A stretch of DNA of 32,000 nt, taken from Pyrodictium occultum. GTDB lineage: Archaea; Thermoproteota; Thermoprotei_A; Sulfolobales; Pyrodictiaceae. Shown piece after piece: positions 8,201 through 17,121 of the stretch. Each line of letters starts with the position of its first letter. Position 1 is the stretch's first letter. Under the pieces are notes generated by a model. It worked only from the letters and a program-made list of their open reading frames with translations. It did no database searches and had not been told where the DNA came from. The stretch spans positions 1,200,001 to 1,232,000 of the forward strand of contig NZ_LNTB01000001.1 of NCBI RefSeq assembly GCF_001462395.1, in the 5' to 3' direction. A program made the translations under genes and the position numbers.

Positions 8201-8208
8201 GTTAAAAG
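8201..8208 (+). promoter_or_regulatory. TATA-like element upstream of rpl3
   Basis: GTTAAAAG ~55 nt upstream of GTG 8264, followed by the SD-like GGTGGTGA. It overlaps a copy of AGGGTTAA (8198-8205). Confidence 0.35.
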
Positions 8209-8263
8209 CTAGTAGCCGGAGGCCGCGTGGGGGATGGGGCTGCTCTAGCGGCGGTGGTGACCA

Positions 8264-9307
8264 GTGGGCGCAAGAAAGAAGCACGCGCCTCGTAGGGGCA
8301 GTCTAGCTGTAAGGCCACGTAAGAGAGCTTCAAGTATCGTGCCGCGGGTTAAGAGCTGGCCTAACGTAGAGAGTGAGAATCCTCTGCCACTCGCCTTCCT
8401 AGGCTACAAGGCGGGCATGACCCACGTATTCGTCATAGACGATGAGCCTGGCTCGCTCACGCACGGCAGGGAGATATTCGTGCCCGTCACGATAGTGGAG
8501 ACGCCGCCCATGATAGTGACGGCAGTCCGCGTCTACGGCTATGACCCCAACATAGGCCTCTACACCCTCGGAGAGGCCTGGGCCCAACCCGAAACCCTTG
8601 AGGAGAAGTACAAGCTCGGCCTAAACCGCGTTATACCCAGGCTACGGTTCCCCGACGCCGAGAAGGCTGTTAAGAAGCTCGAGGAGAAGCTTGGCAGCGT
8701 ATACGACGTGAGGATAATAGCTGCGACCCAGCCTAGGCTCGTGGGCGGTCTTAGCAAGAAGAAGCCCGACCTCATAGAGATAAAGATAGGCGGTGGCAAG
8801 GGTATCGAGGACAGGTTTGGCTATGCGGTAAAGCTCCTGGGCAACCCCTTAGACGTTAGGAGCGTATTCAGAGAAGGCCAGCTAGTCGACGTGATAGCGG
8901 TTACCAAGGGTAAGGGCTTCCAGGGTGTAATAAAGAGGTATGGCGTAAAGGAGCTGCCGAGATGGCATAAGCACCGTAAGGGGAGCCGCAGCGGTCCCGG
9001 CAGCAGGGGCCCCGCCACCACCTTCTCCTGGAGCGAGGTGCCCCAGCCCGGCCAGATGGGGTTCCATAGGAGGACGGAGTACAACAAGAGGATACTCCGG
9101 ATAGGCGACAACGGCCTGGAGGTAACCCCATCCGGAGGCTTCCCCCACTACGGCATAGTGAGGAGCACCTACGTCATGCTCGCCGGCAGCATACCAGGCA
9201 CCCCCAAGAGGCCAATAGTGCTCCGCCATCCTGTCAGGCCCTCTTGGACCCCCGAGTCCGCCCCCAAGATCACGTACATCAGCCTACAGAGCAAGCAGGG
9301 CAACTAA
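8264..9307 (+). CDS. rpl3: 50S ribosomal protein L3 (uL3)
   Basis: MGARKKHAPRRGSLAVRPRKRA N-terminus and FLGYKAGMTHV; 347 aa. Confidence 0.97.
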   Translation: MGARKKHAPRRGSLAVRPRKRASSIVPRVKSWPNVESENPLPLAFLGYKAGMTHVFVIDDEPGSLTHGREIFVPVTIVETPPMIVTAVRVYGYDPNIGLYTLGEAWAQPETLEEKYKLGLNRVIPRLRFPDAEKAVKKLEEKLGSVYDVRIIAATQPRLVGGLSKKKPDLIEIKIGGGKGIEDRFGYAVKLLGNPLDVRSVFREGQLVDVIAVTKGKGFQGVIKRYGVKELPRWHKHRKGSRSGPGSRGPATTFSWSEVPQPGQMGFHRRTEYNKRILRIGDNGLEVTPSGGFPHYGIVRSTYVMLAGSIPGTPKRPIVLRHPVRPSWTPESAPKITYISLQSKQGN

Positions 9308-9332
9308 CCCCCACCCGCGAGGTGGATGAACT

Positions 9333-10163
9333 ATGCCTGGCAGGCTCGGCTCAATGGTATTCCTCCTGGCCCAGGAGCCCCCGGCGGTGCCGGTGTACAG
9401 CGCGTCTGGCGAGAAATCCGGCGAGGTGAAGCTGCCTAGGGTCTACGGGCTGCCAGTCCGCATTGATCTGATAAGGCGTGCCTTCCTCTCAGAGTTCACC
9501 GCCAGGCTCCAGCCTAAGGGCCGCGACCCGATGGCCGGTAAGAGGACCACTGCCAGGAGCTTTGGCGTCGGCCTGGGCATAGCAAGGGTGCCGAGGATCC
9601 CCGGGCTGGGCCGTGCGGCCTTCATAAACTCTGCCGTGGGCGGCCACCTGGCTCACCCGCCTAGGGTTGAGAAGAGGATCCACGAGGAGATAAACAAGAA
9701 GGAGAAGAGGCTAGCCACCGCCTCCGCGCTAGCGGCCACGGCGAGGAGAGAGTTTGTGGAGAGGCGGGGCCACCGCTTCACCTCCGAGGCAGTGCCAGTG
9801 GTCATAGAGGATGAGGCTGAGCAGGCTATATCCCGTGTCCGCGACGCTAGGGCCCTCCTGGAGAAGCTGGGCGTGTGGCCGGACATAGAGAGGGCTAAGG
9901 AGAGGACCAGGATACGCGCCGGCAAGGGCAAAAGGAGGGGTAGGCGCTACATAACGCCGCGCAGCATCCTGTTCATACTTGGCAGCCACACCTCGCCGCT
10001 AGCGAGAGCGGTTGCAGGCCTGCCAGGGGTCGACGTCGCCGACCCCTGGCACGTGAACGTGCTCCAGCTGGCCCCCGGCGGTGTGCCCGGCAGGCTCACC
10101 GTGGTGTCTAGATCCGCGCTGGAAGCGCTCGCCAAGAGGTTTGATAGCATAATACTCGCATAG
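9333..10163 (+). CDS. rpl4: 50S ribosomal protein L4 (uL4)
   Basis: [30 protein letters not shown] and [21 protein letters not shown] lies 5-7 nt upstream of ATG 9333. Confidence 0.95.
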   Translation: MPGRLGSMVFLLAQEPPAVPVYSASGEKSGEVKLPRVYGLPVRIDLIRRAFLSEFTARLQPKGRDPMAGKRTTARSFGVGLGIARVPRIPGLGRAAFINSAVGGHLAHPPRVEKRIHEEINKKEKRLATASALAATARREFVERRGHRFTSEAVPVVIEDEAEQAISRVRDARALLEKLGVWPDIERAKERTRIRAGKGKRRGRRYITPRSILFILGSHTSPLARAVAGLPGVDVADPWHVNVLQLAPGGVPGRLTVVSRSALEALAKRFDSIILA

Positions 10164-10176
10164 GGAGGTGGGCGGC

Positions 10177-10437
10177 GTGAGCGCCTGGAGCATCATAATA
10201 AGGCCGGTGCAGAGCGAGAAGGCTCTCAGGCTGATAGAGGAGCAGAACACGCTAACCTTCATAGTGGCCAGAAGCGCCACTAAGCACGACATAAAGAGGG
10301 CTGTTGAGCAAGCCTTCGGCGTCAAGGTCGAGAAGGTTAATACGCTGATAACGCCCCGCGGCGAGAAGAAGGCCTACGTCAAGCTGGCCCGGGGCTACAA
10401 TGCCAGCGACGTGGCCGCTAGGCTAGGCATGCTCTAG
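10177..10437 (+). CDS. rpl23: 50S ribosomal protein L23 (uL23)
   Basis: [25 protein letters not shown]...[12 protein letters not shown] 10177 lies 6 nt after GGAGGTG; the ORF track starts at 10168, inside the SD. Confidence 0.95.
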   Translation: MSAWSIIIRPVQSEKALRLIEEQNTLTFIVARSATKHDIKRAVEQAFGVKVEKVNTLITPRGEKKAYVKLARGYNASDVAARLGML

Positions 10438-10814
10438 CTTTTGGGCGTCCCCCTCCCTCCGCCTCCTCCAGGTCCTCCTCTAGGGGCGACGCGCCGCTCG
10501 CACCCCTCCCCGGGTCCCCCAGGCCTTAGCCTCTCCCCAGGAAAGCGTTGAAACCCCCAGCCTCTCTCCCAACACCGGGAGCTAGGCCCGCGCGAGTGCC
10601 CCGTGTCCCGGGGCCCGGTGAGCGCGTGGAGGCTCCACCCCTAGGCGTCACGGCCCCCCTTACACGCTTCCCTGAGGGATGAGGGGAGGAGATGTAGGGG
10701 TCGCTGCACCTCTCTAAAGCCGCTCCTCATCCCGGCATAGCCTCGGTGCAGGTCAGCGCGCTCATCCCCCCGGGGAGTGCACTGGACTACCCGTGTCCCA
10801 GGGGCTCTATTCAC

Positions 10815-10822
10815 TTATTTAG
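10815..10822 (+). promoter_or_regulatory. TATA-like box for the rpl22-led operon
   Basis: TTATTTAG ~65 nt upstream of TTG 10883, with GGGAGGGTGG as the SD. Confidence 0.4.
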
Positions 10823-10882
10823 GCGTGCAGGGCTGCGGCTCACCGCCCGGGGGATGTGGCAGCAGGGAGGGTGGCTTAGGTC

Positions 10883-11353
10883 TTGCCGGTATGGCGTTAC
10901 TCGGTGAGGGTTGACGAGGAGCGCTCGGCTAAGGCTGTGATGTGGGACGCGCCCATATCCTACAAGAAGGTTATAGACCTTGCACGGCTCCTGCGCGGCA
11001 TGAGGCTAGAGGATGCGAAGCGGCTCCTTGAGCGGGTAGCGGCTGGTAAGGAGCCCATACCGGTCCGCAGGTACATGGGGAAGCAGGCTCACCACCGCGG
11101 GCTTGCGGCCAGGTACAGGTGGCCAGTGGGACGCTACCCTGTTAAGGCTGCACGCATACTGCTCAAGCTCCTCGAGAGCGTGTCCAATAACGCCGAGGTA
11201 AAGGGGCTTGATACTGAGAAGCTTCGCATCGTACATATAGGCGTGCATAAGGGCCGCGTGATTAAGAAGTGGATGCCCCGTGCCTTCGGCCGCTCGAGCC
11301 CCAGGTTCAGGAAGTATAGCCATATAGAAGTGGTTGTGGCGGAGGAAGAGTAG
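10883..11353 (+). CDS. rpl22: 50S ribosomal protein L22 (uL22)
   Basis: WRYSVRVDEERSAKAVMWDAPISYKK...AHHRG; TTG start; 156 aa. Confidence 0.93.
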   Translation: MPVWRYSVRVDEERSAKAVMWDAPISYKKVIDLARLLRGMRLEDAKRLLERVAAGKEPIPVRRYMGKQAHHRGLAARYRWPVGRYPVKAARILLKLLESVSNNAEVKGLDTEKLRIVHIGVHKGRVIKKWMPRAFGRSSPRFRKYSHIEVVVAEEE

Positions 11354-11355
11354 CG

Positions 11356-12102
11356 ATGGTGCTCGTGAAGAAGTTCTTCGTCGAGAAGGCTATAGCCCAG
11401 GCCAGGATAGATGAGTACCTCGCCAAGCGCTTCTACCGCGCCGGCTACGCTGGCGTGCAGATAATACAGTTCCCCCTGGGCACGAAGGTGTTCATAGACG
11501 CTGAGAGGCCTGCAATGATAATAGGCAGGAGGGGCGAGACGATAAGGCAGCTAGCCGCCATATTTGAGCACCAGTTTGGGCTCCAGAACCCGCAGATAAC
11601 TGTACGCCGCGTGGAGAACCCTGACCTGAACGCTCGGGTCGCCGCCTCGAGGATAGCGGTGTTCCTTGAGAGAGGTGCCTACTACCGCCGCGTGGCAAAC
11701 GTTATGGCCCGCCGCATACTGAATGCAGGCGCCATAGGCGTGCAGATAATCATAAGCGGTAAGCTGCGCACCGAGAGGGCTAGGTACGAGAAGGTCCGCG
11801 TGGGTAAGGTGTACTCCACGGGCTACCAGGTAGAGTATATGGTTGACCGCGCCGTGATGCATATAACTCTAAAGCCCGGCACCTTCGGCATAGAGGTCAC
11901 TATAGTTAAACCTGCTAAGCCCAGCGACTACGTCCGGATCAAGGAGCCCGAGGAAGCCAAGGACTTCATAGAGGAGGTGCGCGAGGAGCTAGAGAAGATC
12001 CGCGCAGCTGAGGCTGAAAAGCTTAAGGAGGCTGCGGCCGAGGCCCCCAGCGAGGAGGCTGAGGCTGTGGAAGAGGAGGAGCCCGAGGAGGCCAAAGTCT
12101 AG
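11356..12102 (+). CDS. rps3: 30S ribosomal protein S3 (uS3) with an acidic Ala/Glu-rich C-terminal tail
   Basis: KH-domain region IIGRRGETIRQL, then GVQIIISGKL. The tail is EAAAEAPSEEAEAVEEEEPEEAKV. Confidence 0.95.
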   Translation: MVLVKKFFVEKAIAQARIDEYLAKRFYRAGYAGVQIIQFPLGTKVFIDAERPAMIIGRRGETIRQLAAIFEHQFGLQNPQITVRRVENPDLNARVAASRIAVFLERGAYYRRVANVMARRILNAGAIGVQIIISGKLRTERARYEKVRVGKVYSTGYQVEYMVDRAVMHITLKPGTFGIEVTIVKPAKPSDYVRIKEPEEAKDFIEEVREELEKIRAAEAEKLKEAAAEAPSEEAEAVEEEEPEEAKV

Positions 12103-12138
12103 CCCTTCTCCCGCCTCCCTAGAGAGGCTCCTGGAGGG

Positions 12139-12381
12139 GTGGCCCCGGTGGCCAAGTACATGATAAGGACCGATGATATACGTAAAATGAGCCCCGAGGA
12201 GAGGCTCAAGAAGCTCGAGGAGCTCCGGGAGGAGCTGGTCAAGCTCCGTCTAAAGGCCTCGGTGGGTACCCTCGAGAACCCCGGCGCTATACGCGCCATA
12301 AGGAAGACTATAGCAAGGATACTCACCGTGATGCGGGAGGAGGAGCTTAAGCAGCAGCACGTAGCGGGCAAAAGGTCTTGA
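12139..12381 (+). CDS. rpl29: 50S ribosomal protein L29 (uL29)
   Basis: IRKMSPEERLKKLEELREELVKLRLKAS...NPGAIRAIRKTIARILTV. The true start may be GTG 12148 or ATG 12160. Confidence 0.9.
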   Translation: MAPVAKYMIRTDDIRKMSPEERLKKLEELREELVKLRLKASVGTLENPGAIRAIRKTIARILTVMREEELKQQHVAGKRS

Positions 12382-12731
12382 GGCACACCGAGTGGAACAT
12401 TATTTTCCATACGCTTGTCGGCCTCCGTGCCCGTGTGCTCCTCCATCCAGACCCCGGTCTCCGTGGTGTCGAGGGTAGAATTCTGCTAGAGACACGGCGC
12501 GGCCTCCTCCTGGAGGCCGATGGGCGGAGGCTCTGGGTCTCGAAGGCAAATGCTATATTCCTAATCCAGCTGCCGGGCGGCAGCTGGGTTGTTGTACGAG
12601 GGGAAGAAATACGGGGTGTGCAGTCTGAGCGGCTCAAGCGGCTGGAGAGGAGCAAGGGGGTAGGATGGCTTGTCCGCGCGGGTGAGAAGCGTAGGTATAC
12701 CTGGGGTCAACCCTCCGGAGAGGACGTGTAA
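12378..12731 (+). CDS. rnp1: RNase P protein component 1 (Rpp29/Pop4 homologue)
   Basis: LVGLRARVLLHPDPGLRGVEGRILLETRRGLLLE...VSKANAIF fits the Rpp29 barrel, in the conserved position between rpl29 and rps17. The start overlaps the rpl29 stop (cTTGA). Confidence 0.8.
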   Translation: MRHTEWNIIFHTLVGLRARVLLHPDPGLRGVEGRILLETRRGLLLEADGRRLWVSKANAIFLIQLPGGSWVVVRGEEIRGVQSERLKRLERSKGVGWLVRAGEKRRYTWGQPSGEDV

Positions 12732-13020
12732 CGACTCCAAGTGTCCTTGGCATGGCAGGGTGCGGGTGCGCGGCCTTGTACTGACGGGCGTCGTGGTCAA
12801 GGCTAAGATGAAGAACACCGTGGTTGTGGAGCGTGAGTACGTCTACTATGACCGGAAGTACAAGAGATACGAGAAGAGGAGGAGCAGGATACATGCCCAC
12901 AACCCGCCCTGCATCAACGCTAAGCCGGGCGATATTGTGGTGATAGGCGAGACCAGGCCGCTGGCAAAGACGGTACACTTCGTGGTCCTGGGCGTCGTGG
13001 GCAGGAAGACCATGAGCTGA
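12670..13020 (+). CDS. rps17: 30S ribosomal protein S17 (uS17)
   Basis: PPERTCNDSKCPWHG...GVVVKAKMKNTVVVEREY...RIHAHNPPCI. A start at TTG 12670 or GTG 12682 overlaps rnp1 by 50-62 nt. Confidence 0.93.
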   Translation: MSARVRSVGIPGVNPPERTCNDSKCPWHGRVRVRGLVLTGVVVKAKMKNTVVVEREYVYYDRKYKRYEKRRSRIHAHNPPCINAKPGDIVVIGETRPLAKTVHFVVLGVVGRKTMS

Positions 13021-13049
13021 AGGAACCAATGAAGGTTACGTTGTTGCCA

Positions 13050-13060
13050 TCTTTAAATAG
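13050..13060 (+). promoter_or_regulatory. Strong TATA box (TCTTTAAATAG), an internal promoter ahead of rpl14
   Basis: Consensus-like TTTAAATA in the rps17-rpl14 spacer. The same 11-mer occurs at 20300-20310. Confidence 0.55.
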
Positions 13061-13104
13061 CTCTAGGCGCTTGGGGGCCTCGACACCTGGGGGTGCCAGC
13101 CTCT

Positions 13105-13521
13105 ATGCCCAAGGGCGGTGCAGGCGCAGGATCCAGGCGGCACATAGCTCCCGGCCTGCAGGTGGGCAGCTACGTCAGGGTTGCCGATAACAGCGGGGCC
13201 AAGGAGGCCATGATTATAGGTGTGATAGGCTACCGTGGCCGCCTCCGCAGGATCCCTCCGGCGGCAGTCGGCGACATGGTTGTTGTGACCGTGAAGAAGG
13301 GCACGCCGGAGATGAGGAGGCAGGTTACAAGGGCTATAGTGATTAGGCAGAGGAGGCCGTATCGGAGGCCCGACGGCACCTGGGTGGCTTTCGAGGACAA
13401 TGCTGTGGTTATAGTGAGCCCTGACGGCGCCCCTAAGGGCAGTGAGATCCGTGGCCCGGTGGCCCGGGAGGCTGCCGAGCGCTGGCCCAGGGTAGCCAAC
13501 ATAGCCAGTATAATAATATAG
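13105..13521 (+). CDS. rpl14: 50S ribosomal protein L14 (uL14)
   Basis: [15 protein letters not shown]...[19 protein letters not shown] 13105 lies downstream of GGGGGTG; the ORF is open from GTG 13093. Confidence 0.95.
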   Translation: MPKGGAGAGSRRHIAPGLQVGSYVRVADNSGAKEAMIIGVIGYRGRLRRIPPAAVGDMVVVTVKKGTPEMRRQVTRAIVIRQRRPYRRPDGTWVAFEDNAVVIVSPDGAPKGSEIRGPVAREAAERWPRVANIASIII

Positions 13522-13527
13522 CTCTGG

Positions 13528-13983
13528 GTGGTCGGTGTGAGGTGGGTCAAGTCCAGGCAGCCGAGGAAGCAGAGGAGGGCGCTCTTCAACGCTCCCCTCC
13601 ACAAGAGGCAGAAGCTCATGGCGGCGCCTCTAAGCCCGGAGCTGCGCAGGCAGTATGGTATACGCAGCCTTCCAGTGAGGACGGGTGACGAGGTAGTAGT
13701 GATGAGGGGCGACTTCAAGGGCCACAAGGGCAAGGTGGTCAAGGTAGACCTGCGCCGCATGAGGATATACGTTGACGGTGTCACCGTGAATAATGCCAGG
13801 GGCGAGCCCAGGTACTACCCGCTCCACCCCTCCAAGGTCATGATAGTCTCGCTCAACCTTGACGACAAGAGGCGCCGCGAGATAATAGAGCGTAAGCGCA
13901 AGCAGCGCGAGGCCCAGCTCGCCCTCCTCCGTGGCGGGGGAGAGCAGGCTATAGGGGGCCGGGAGCAGGGGGCCCAGCAGTAG
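13528..13983 (+). CDS. rpl24: 50S ribosomal protein L24 (uL24) with a ~30-aa C-terminal extension
   Basis: [18 protein letters not shown]...[24 protein letters not shown] (KOW motif). Confidence 0.93.
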   Translation: MVGVRWVKSRQPRKQRRALFNAPLHKRQKLMAAPLSPELRRQYGIRSLPVRTGDEVVVMRGDFKGHKGKVVKVDLRRMRIYVDGVTVNNARGEPRYYPLHPSKVMIVSLNLDDKRRREIIERKRKQREAQLALLRGGGEQAIGGREQGAQQ

Positions 13984-13998
13984 GGTTAACGAGGTGGC
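13982..13998 (+). promoter_or_regulatory. Copy 2 of the AGGGTTAACGAGG(TGGC) motif, upstream of rps4e
   Basis: 17-mer AGGGTTAACGAGGTGGC identical to 17099-17115. It ends 5 nt before ATG 14004. Confidence 0.5.
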
Positions 13999-14003
13999 AC
14001 ACA

Positions 14004-14774
14004 ATGGCGCGGATGGGCGGGCGTAGGCACCTCAAGACGCTGGCTGCGCCTAAGTTCTGGCCCGTGAGGCAGCGAGTCGGCGTCTTCACCGTGAAGCCCT
14101 CGCCGGGGCCCCACCCCGTGGAGAGGTCGATACCGCTGCTGATACTGGTGAGAGATGTACTCGGCTACGCCAAGACCGGCCGGGAGGCCAGGAAGCTGAT
14201 AGCCGAGGGCCACTTCAAGATAGATGGCAGGGTTAGGAGGAACTACAAGTACCCTGTGGGCTTCATGGATGTAGTCGAGATAGTAGATACGGGTGAGGCC
14301 TACCGGCTACTGCCCTACCCGGTGCGCTTCTTCACCCTCCACCCCATACCCAGGGAGGAGGCTGGCTTCAAGCTAGGCAGGATAGAGGACAAATCCACAG
14401 TGAAGGGCGGCCACGTGCAGCTGCACCTGCATGATGGGAGAAATGTGCTGATACGGGTCTCGGATCCCACCAACCCGGTGGAGGCTAAGGAGTACCGCAC
14501 CCTGGGCACTGTCAAGATAAGCCTACCCCAGCAGGAGCTCCTCGGCTACGCCCCGCTGGAGACGGACAGCCTTGCCATAGTGGTGGGCGGCCGGAACGTG
14601 GGCCGCGTCGGCAGGGTGGTATCCATACAGCGTGGAATCGGCCGGAAGAGGAGCATAGTGACCCTCGAGGACGCCCGCGGCGAGAAGCTCCAGACAAGCC
14701 TGGACTACATCTTCGTGATCGCACCGCCCGGAGAGGAGCCCTGGATAAGCCTGCCCGAGGGTGCGTGGAAATGA
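14004..14774 (+). CDS. rps4e: 30S ribosomal protein S4e (eS4)
   Basis: [22 protein letters not shown]-terminus; 256 aa. Confidence 0.95.
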   Translation: MARMGGRRHLKTLAAPKFWPVRQRVGVFTVKPSPGPHPVERSIPLLILVRDVLGYAKTGREARKLIAEGHFKIDGRVRRNYKYPVGFMDVVEIVDTGEAYRLLPYPVRFFTLHPIPREEAGFKLGRIEDKSTVKGGHVQLHLHDGRNVLIRVSDPTNPVEAKEYRTLGTVKISLPQQELLGYAPLETDSLAIVVGGRNVGRVGRVVSIQRGIGRKRSIVTLEDARGEKLQTSLDYIFVIAPPGEEPWISLPEGAWK

Positions 14775-15367
14775 GCCAGCTAGCCGCCGCCCAGGAGTCC
14801 TCTTCCCTCCCCCTGCCCCCGGAGCGGGTTGAGGAGATCAAACGCCGCTGGGAGCAGAACCCTATGCTGAAACCGCGGCTCGTCAAGGTGACTGTGAACA
14901 TCGGCGTCGGCGAGTCCGGTGAGAGGCTGCAGAAGGCCGTCAGAGTACTAGAGATGCTCACTGGGCAGAAGCCCTCGGTCAGGAGAGCTAAGAGGACCAT
15001 ACGAGACTTCGGCATAAGGAAGGGGGAGCCCATAGCGGCGGTGGTTACTCTACGCCGCGGGCGGGCGGTAGAGTTCCTCCGCAAGGCTCTGCAGGCGGTG
15101 GGCAACAAGCTCCGGGCCAGCCAGTTCGACGAGTTCGGCAACGTGGCCTTCGGGATAAAGGAGCACATACTGATCCCCGGCGTACGCTACGACCCCGAAA
15201 TAGGCGTCTTCGGTATGGATGTTGTGGTGACTGTTGAGAGGCCCGGCTACCGCGTGGCTAGGAGGAGGAGGGCCCGCAGCAGGATACCGAGGCGCCATAG
15301 AGTGACCAAGGAGGAGTCAATGGTGCTCCTCCACGAGATGTTCGGAGTAGTTATAGAGCCCAGGTGA
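14771..15367 (+). CDS. rpl5: 50S ribosomal protein L5 (uL5)
   Basis: [27 protein letters not shown] 14771 overlaps the rps4e stop (ATGA); the ORF track starts at GTG 14765. Confidence 0.95.
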   Translation: MSQLAAAQESSSLPLPPERVEEIKRRWEQNPMLKPRLVKVTVNIGVGESGERLQKAVRVLEMLTGQKPSVRRAKRTIRDFGIRKGEPIAAVVTLRRGRAVEFLRKALQAVGNKLRASQFDEFGNVAFGIKEHILIPGVRYDPEIGVFGMDVVVTVERPGYRVARRRRARSRIPRRHRVTKEESMVLLHEMFGVVIEPR

Positions 15368-15396
15368 AAGTGGCCACCTCACGCGGGTGCGGTGGT

Positions 15397-15561
15397 ATGG
15401 GCAAGTACAGGCCGCCCAAGGTTGTGAGATATGGCCGCGGTGCCTACAAGTGTCAGCGCTGCGGCAGCCGCGACGCCGTGATAAAGAAGTATGGCCTCAT
15501 GCTCTGCCGCCAGTGCTTCCGCGAGCTTGCAGTCAGCCTGGGTTTCCGCAAGTACATGTAG
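15397..15561 (+). CDS. rps14: 30S ribosomal protein S14 (uS14, zinc-ribbon type)
   Basis: MGKYRPPK...[25 protein letters not shown]. The 54-aa form from ATG 15397 matches the usual archaeal length. Confidence 0.93.
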   Translation: MGKYRPPKVVRYGRGAYKCQRCGSRDAVIKKYGLMLCRQCFRELAVSLGFRKYM

Positions 15562-15585
15562 CATGAGCCTCGAGGTGGCCGAGCC

Positions 15586-15987
15586 ATGGTGATGCTTGAT
15601 ACCCTCGCGAACGCTATGGCCGCGATAGTCAATGCTGAGATGAGGGCTAAGCCCGAGGTAGTGATAATGCCCGCGTCCAAGCTGATAGCCAACGTGCTGC
15701 GCGTCATGCAGCGTGAAGGCTACGTGGGCGAGTTCGAGTACATCGATGACGGCCGCTGGGGCAAGATCAGGGTAAGGCTGCTGGGCCGTATAAACAAGGC
15801 TGGCGTGATAAAGCCCAGGTACTCGGTCAAGTACCGCGACCTCATAAGGATGCCCGAGTGGCTCCGCAAGTACCTGCCCAGCAGGGACATCGGGATACTG
15901 ATAATATCTACTAGCCAGGGCGTCATATCACACAGGGAGGCTCTCGAGCGTAAGATAGGCGGCGTACTCCTGGCCTACGTCTACTAA
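15586..15987 (+). CDS. rps8: 30S ribosomal protein S8 (uS8)
   Basis: [17 protein letters not shown]...[13 protein letters not shown]; preceded by CGAGGTGGC. Confidence 0.95.
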   Translation: MVMLDTLANAMAAIVNAEMRAKPEVVIMPASKLIANVLRVMQREGYVGEFEYIDDGRWGKIRVRLLGRINKAGVIKPRYSVKYRDLIRMPEWLRKYLPSRDIGILIISTSQGVISHREALERKIGGVLLAYVY

Positions 15988-16094
15988 GGTGCCGAGCGCC
16001 TACAATACCGGGTTTTACTCCTGAACAGCTCTCCTCCCAGCTCGCCGCCAGCCGCCTGGGAGCTCGTGTCTAGCCATGTTGAGGGTGTGGAGGG

Positions 16095-16655
16095 ATGCCC
16101 AAGATAACCCACGTGGTTGAAGAGGTGCCTATACCGGAGGGCGTGGAGGTAAGCGTCGACGGCATGAAGGTAACAGTCAAGGGACCGAAGGGGGAGCTCA
16201 CGAGGGACTTCTCCCACGCCAAAGGCGTGATTATACGTGTCGACGAGGACGAGGAGGGCAGGAAGGTTGTTATTGAGAGCTACTTTGCCGATAGGAGGCT
16301 GAAAGCGCTGGTCGGCACAATTGCAGCCCATATAGAGAACATGATAACTGGTGTCACCAAGGGGTTCCGGTACAAGCTCAAGGTGGTATTCTCCCACTTC
16401 CCGGTAACAGTCAAGGTGCAGGGCGACAAGGTTGTTATAGAGAACTTCCTAGGCGAGAAGGCGCCTAGGATAGCAAGGATAATGCCAGGCGTCACAGTGA
16501 AGGTCCAGAAGGATGACGTTATAGTGGAGGGTATCGATATAGAGGCTGTAGGGCAGACCGCAGCTAACATAGAGCAGGCAACTAAGGTGAAGGATAAGGA
16601 TAGACGCGTTTTCCTCGACGGCATATACATCTACGAGAAGGGGGTGGCTGAGTAA
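16095..16655 (+). CDS. rpl6: 50S ribosomal protein L6 (uL6)
   Basis: [28 protein letters not shown]...[14 protein letters not shown]; 186 aa. Confidence 0.95.
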   Translation: MPKITHVVEEVPIPEGVEVSVDGMKVTVKGPKGELTRDFSHAKGVIIRVDEDEEGRKVVIESYFADRRLKALVGTIAAHIENMITGVTKGFRYKLKVVFSHFPVTVKVQGDKVVIENFLGEKAPRIARIMPGVTVKVQKDDVIVEGIDIEAVGQTAANIEQATKVKDKDRRVFLDGIYIYEKGVAE

Positions 16656-17041
16656 TGGCGAACCAGGATGTGGAGAGGCTGCTCCGTGTAAGGAAGAGGC
16701 TCAAGTCCAAGAAGCCCGAGTTCCTACGCACCCTCTGGTGGAAGTTCCCCAAGTTCAAGAATGACCCCAAGTGGCGTAGGCCTAAGGGCATTGACAACCC
16801 AATCAGGCTGAAGCTGAAGGGCAGGCAGCCAATGGTCGAGATAGGCTACGGCTCCCCCGCCGCGGTCCGCGGCTTCCACCCTACGGGGCTCCAGCCGGTG
16901 CGGGTATCGAGCCCTGCTGAGCTGGAGAACTTGGACCCCTCGAGGCACATAGTCTACATCGCCGCCGGGGTTGGGCTGAGGAAGAGGCTAGAGATACTGA
17001 AGAAGGCCCGGGAGAAGGGCTTCAAGGTAGCTAACGCCTAG
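16655..17041 (+). CDS. rpl32e: 50S ribosomal protein L32e (eL32)
   Basis: KPEFLRTLWWKFPKF...WRRPKGIDNPIR...IGYGSPAAVRGFHPTG; the start overlaps the rpl6 stop (TAATG). Confidence 0.93.
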   Translation: MANQDVERLLRVRKRLKSKKPEFLRTLWWKFPKFKNDPKWRRPKGIDNPIRLKLKGRQPMVEIGYGSPAAVRGFHPTGLQPVRVSSPAELENLDPSRHIVYIAAGVGLRKRLEILKKAREKGFKVANA

Positions 17042-17049
17042 TCCTCTCC

Positions 17050-17058
17050 TTTATTATA
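17050..17058 (+). promoter_or_regulatory. TATA-like box (TTTATTATA) ahead of rpl19e
   Basis: Lies in the rpl32e-rpl19e spacer, ~65 nt before TTG 17122. Confidence 0.4.
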
Positions 17059-17098
17059 CCCCTCCCGGCCTCCGGCGTCCCCTCCCGGGGTTTCGGGC

Positions 17099-17115
17099 AG
17101 GGTTAACGAGGTGGC
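17099..17115 (+). promoter_or_regulatory. Copy 3 of the AGGGTTAACGAGG(TGGC) motif, upstream of rpl19e
   Basis: 17-mer identical to 13982-13998. It ends 6 nt before TTG 17122. Confidence 0.5.
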
Positions 17116-17121
17116 GGGCCC

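Noticed and set aside
10676-10740. H/ACA-like hairpin (12-bp lower stem followed by ATA) in the rpl23-rpl22 spacer, attractive because cbf5 is in the window.
   Set aside because: There is no two-sided pseudouridylation pocket, no K-turn/K-loop GA pairs, and the box is ATA rather than ACA at an unconvincing distance.
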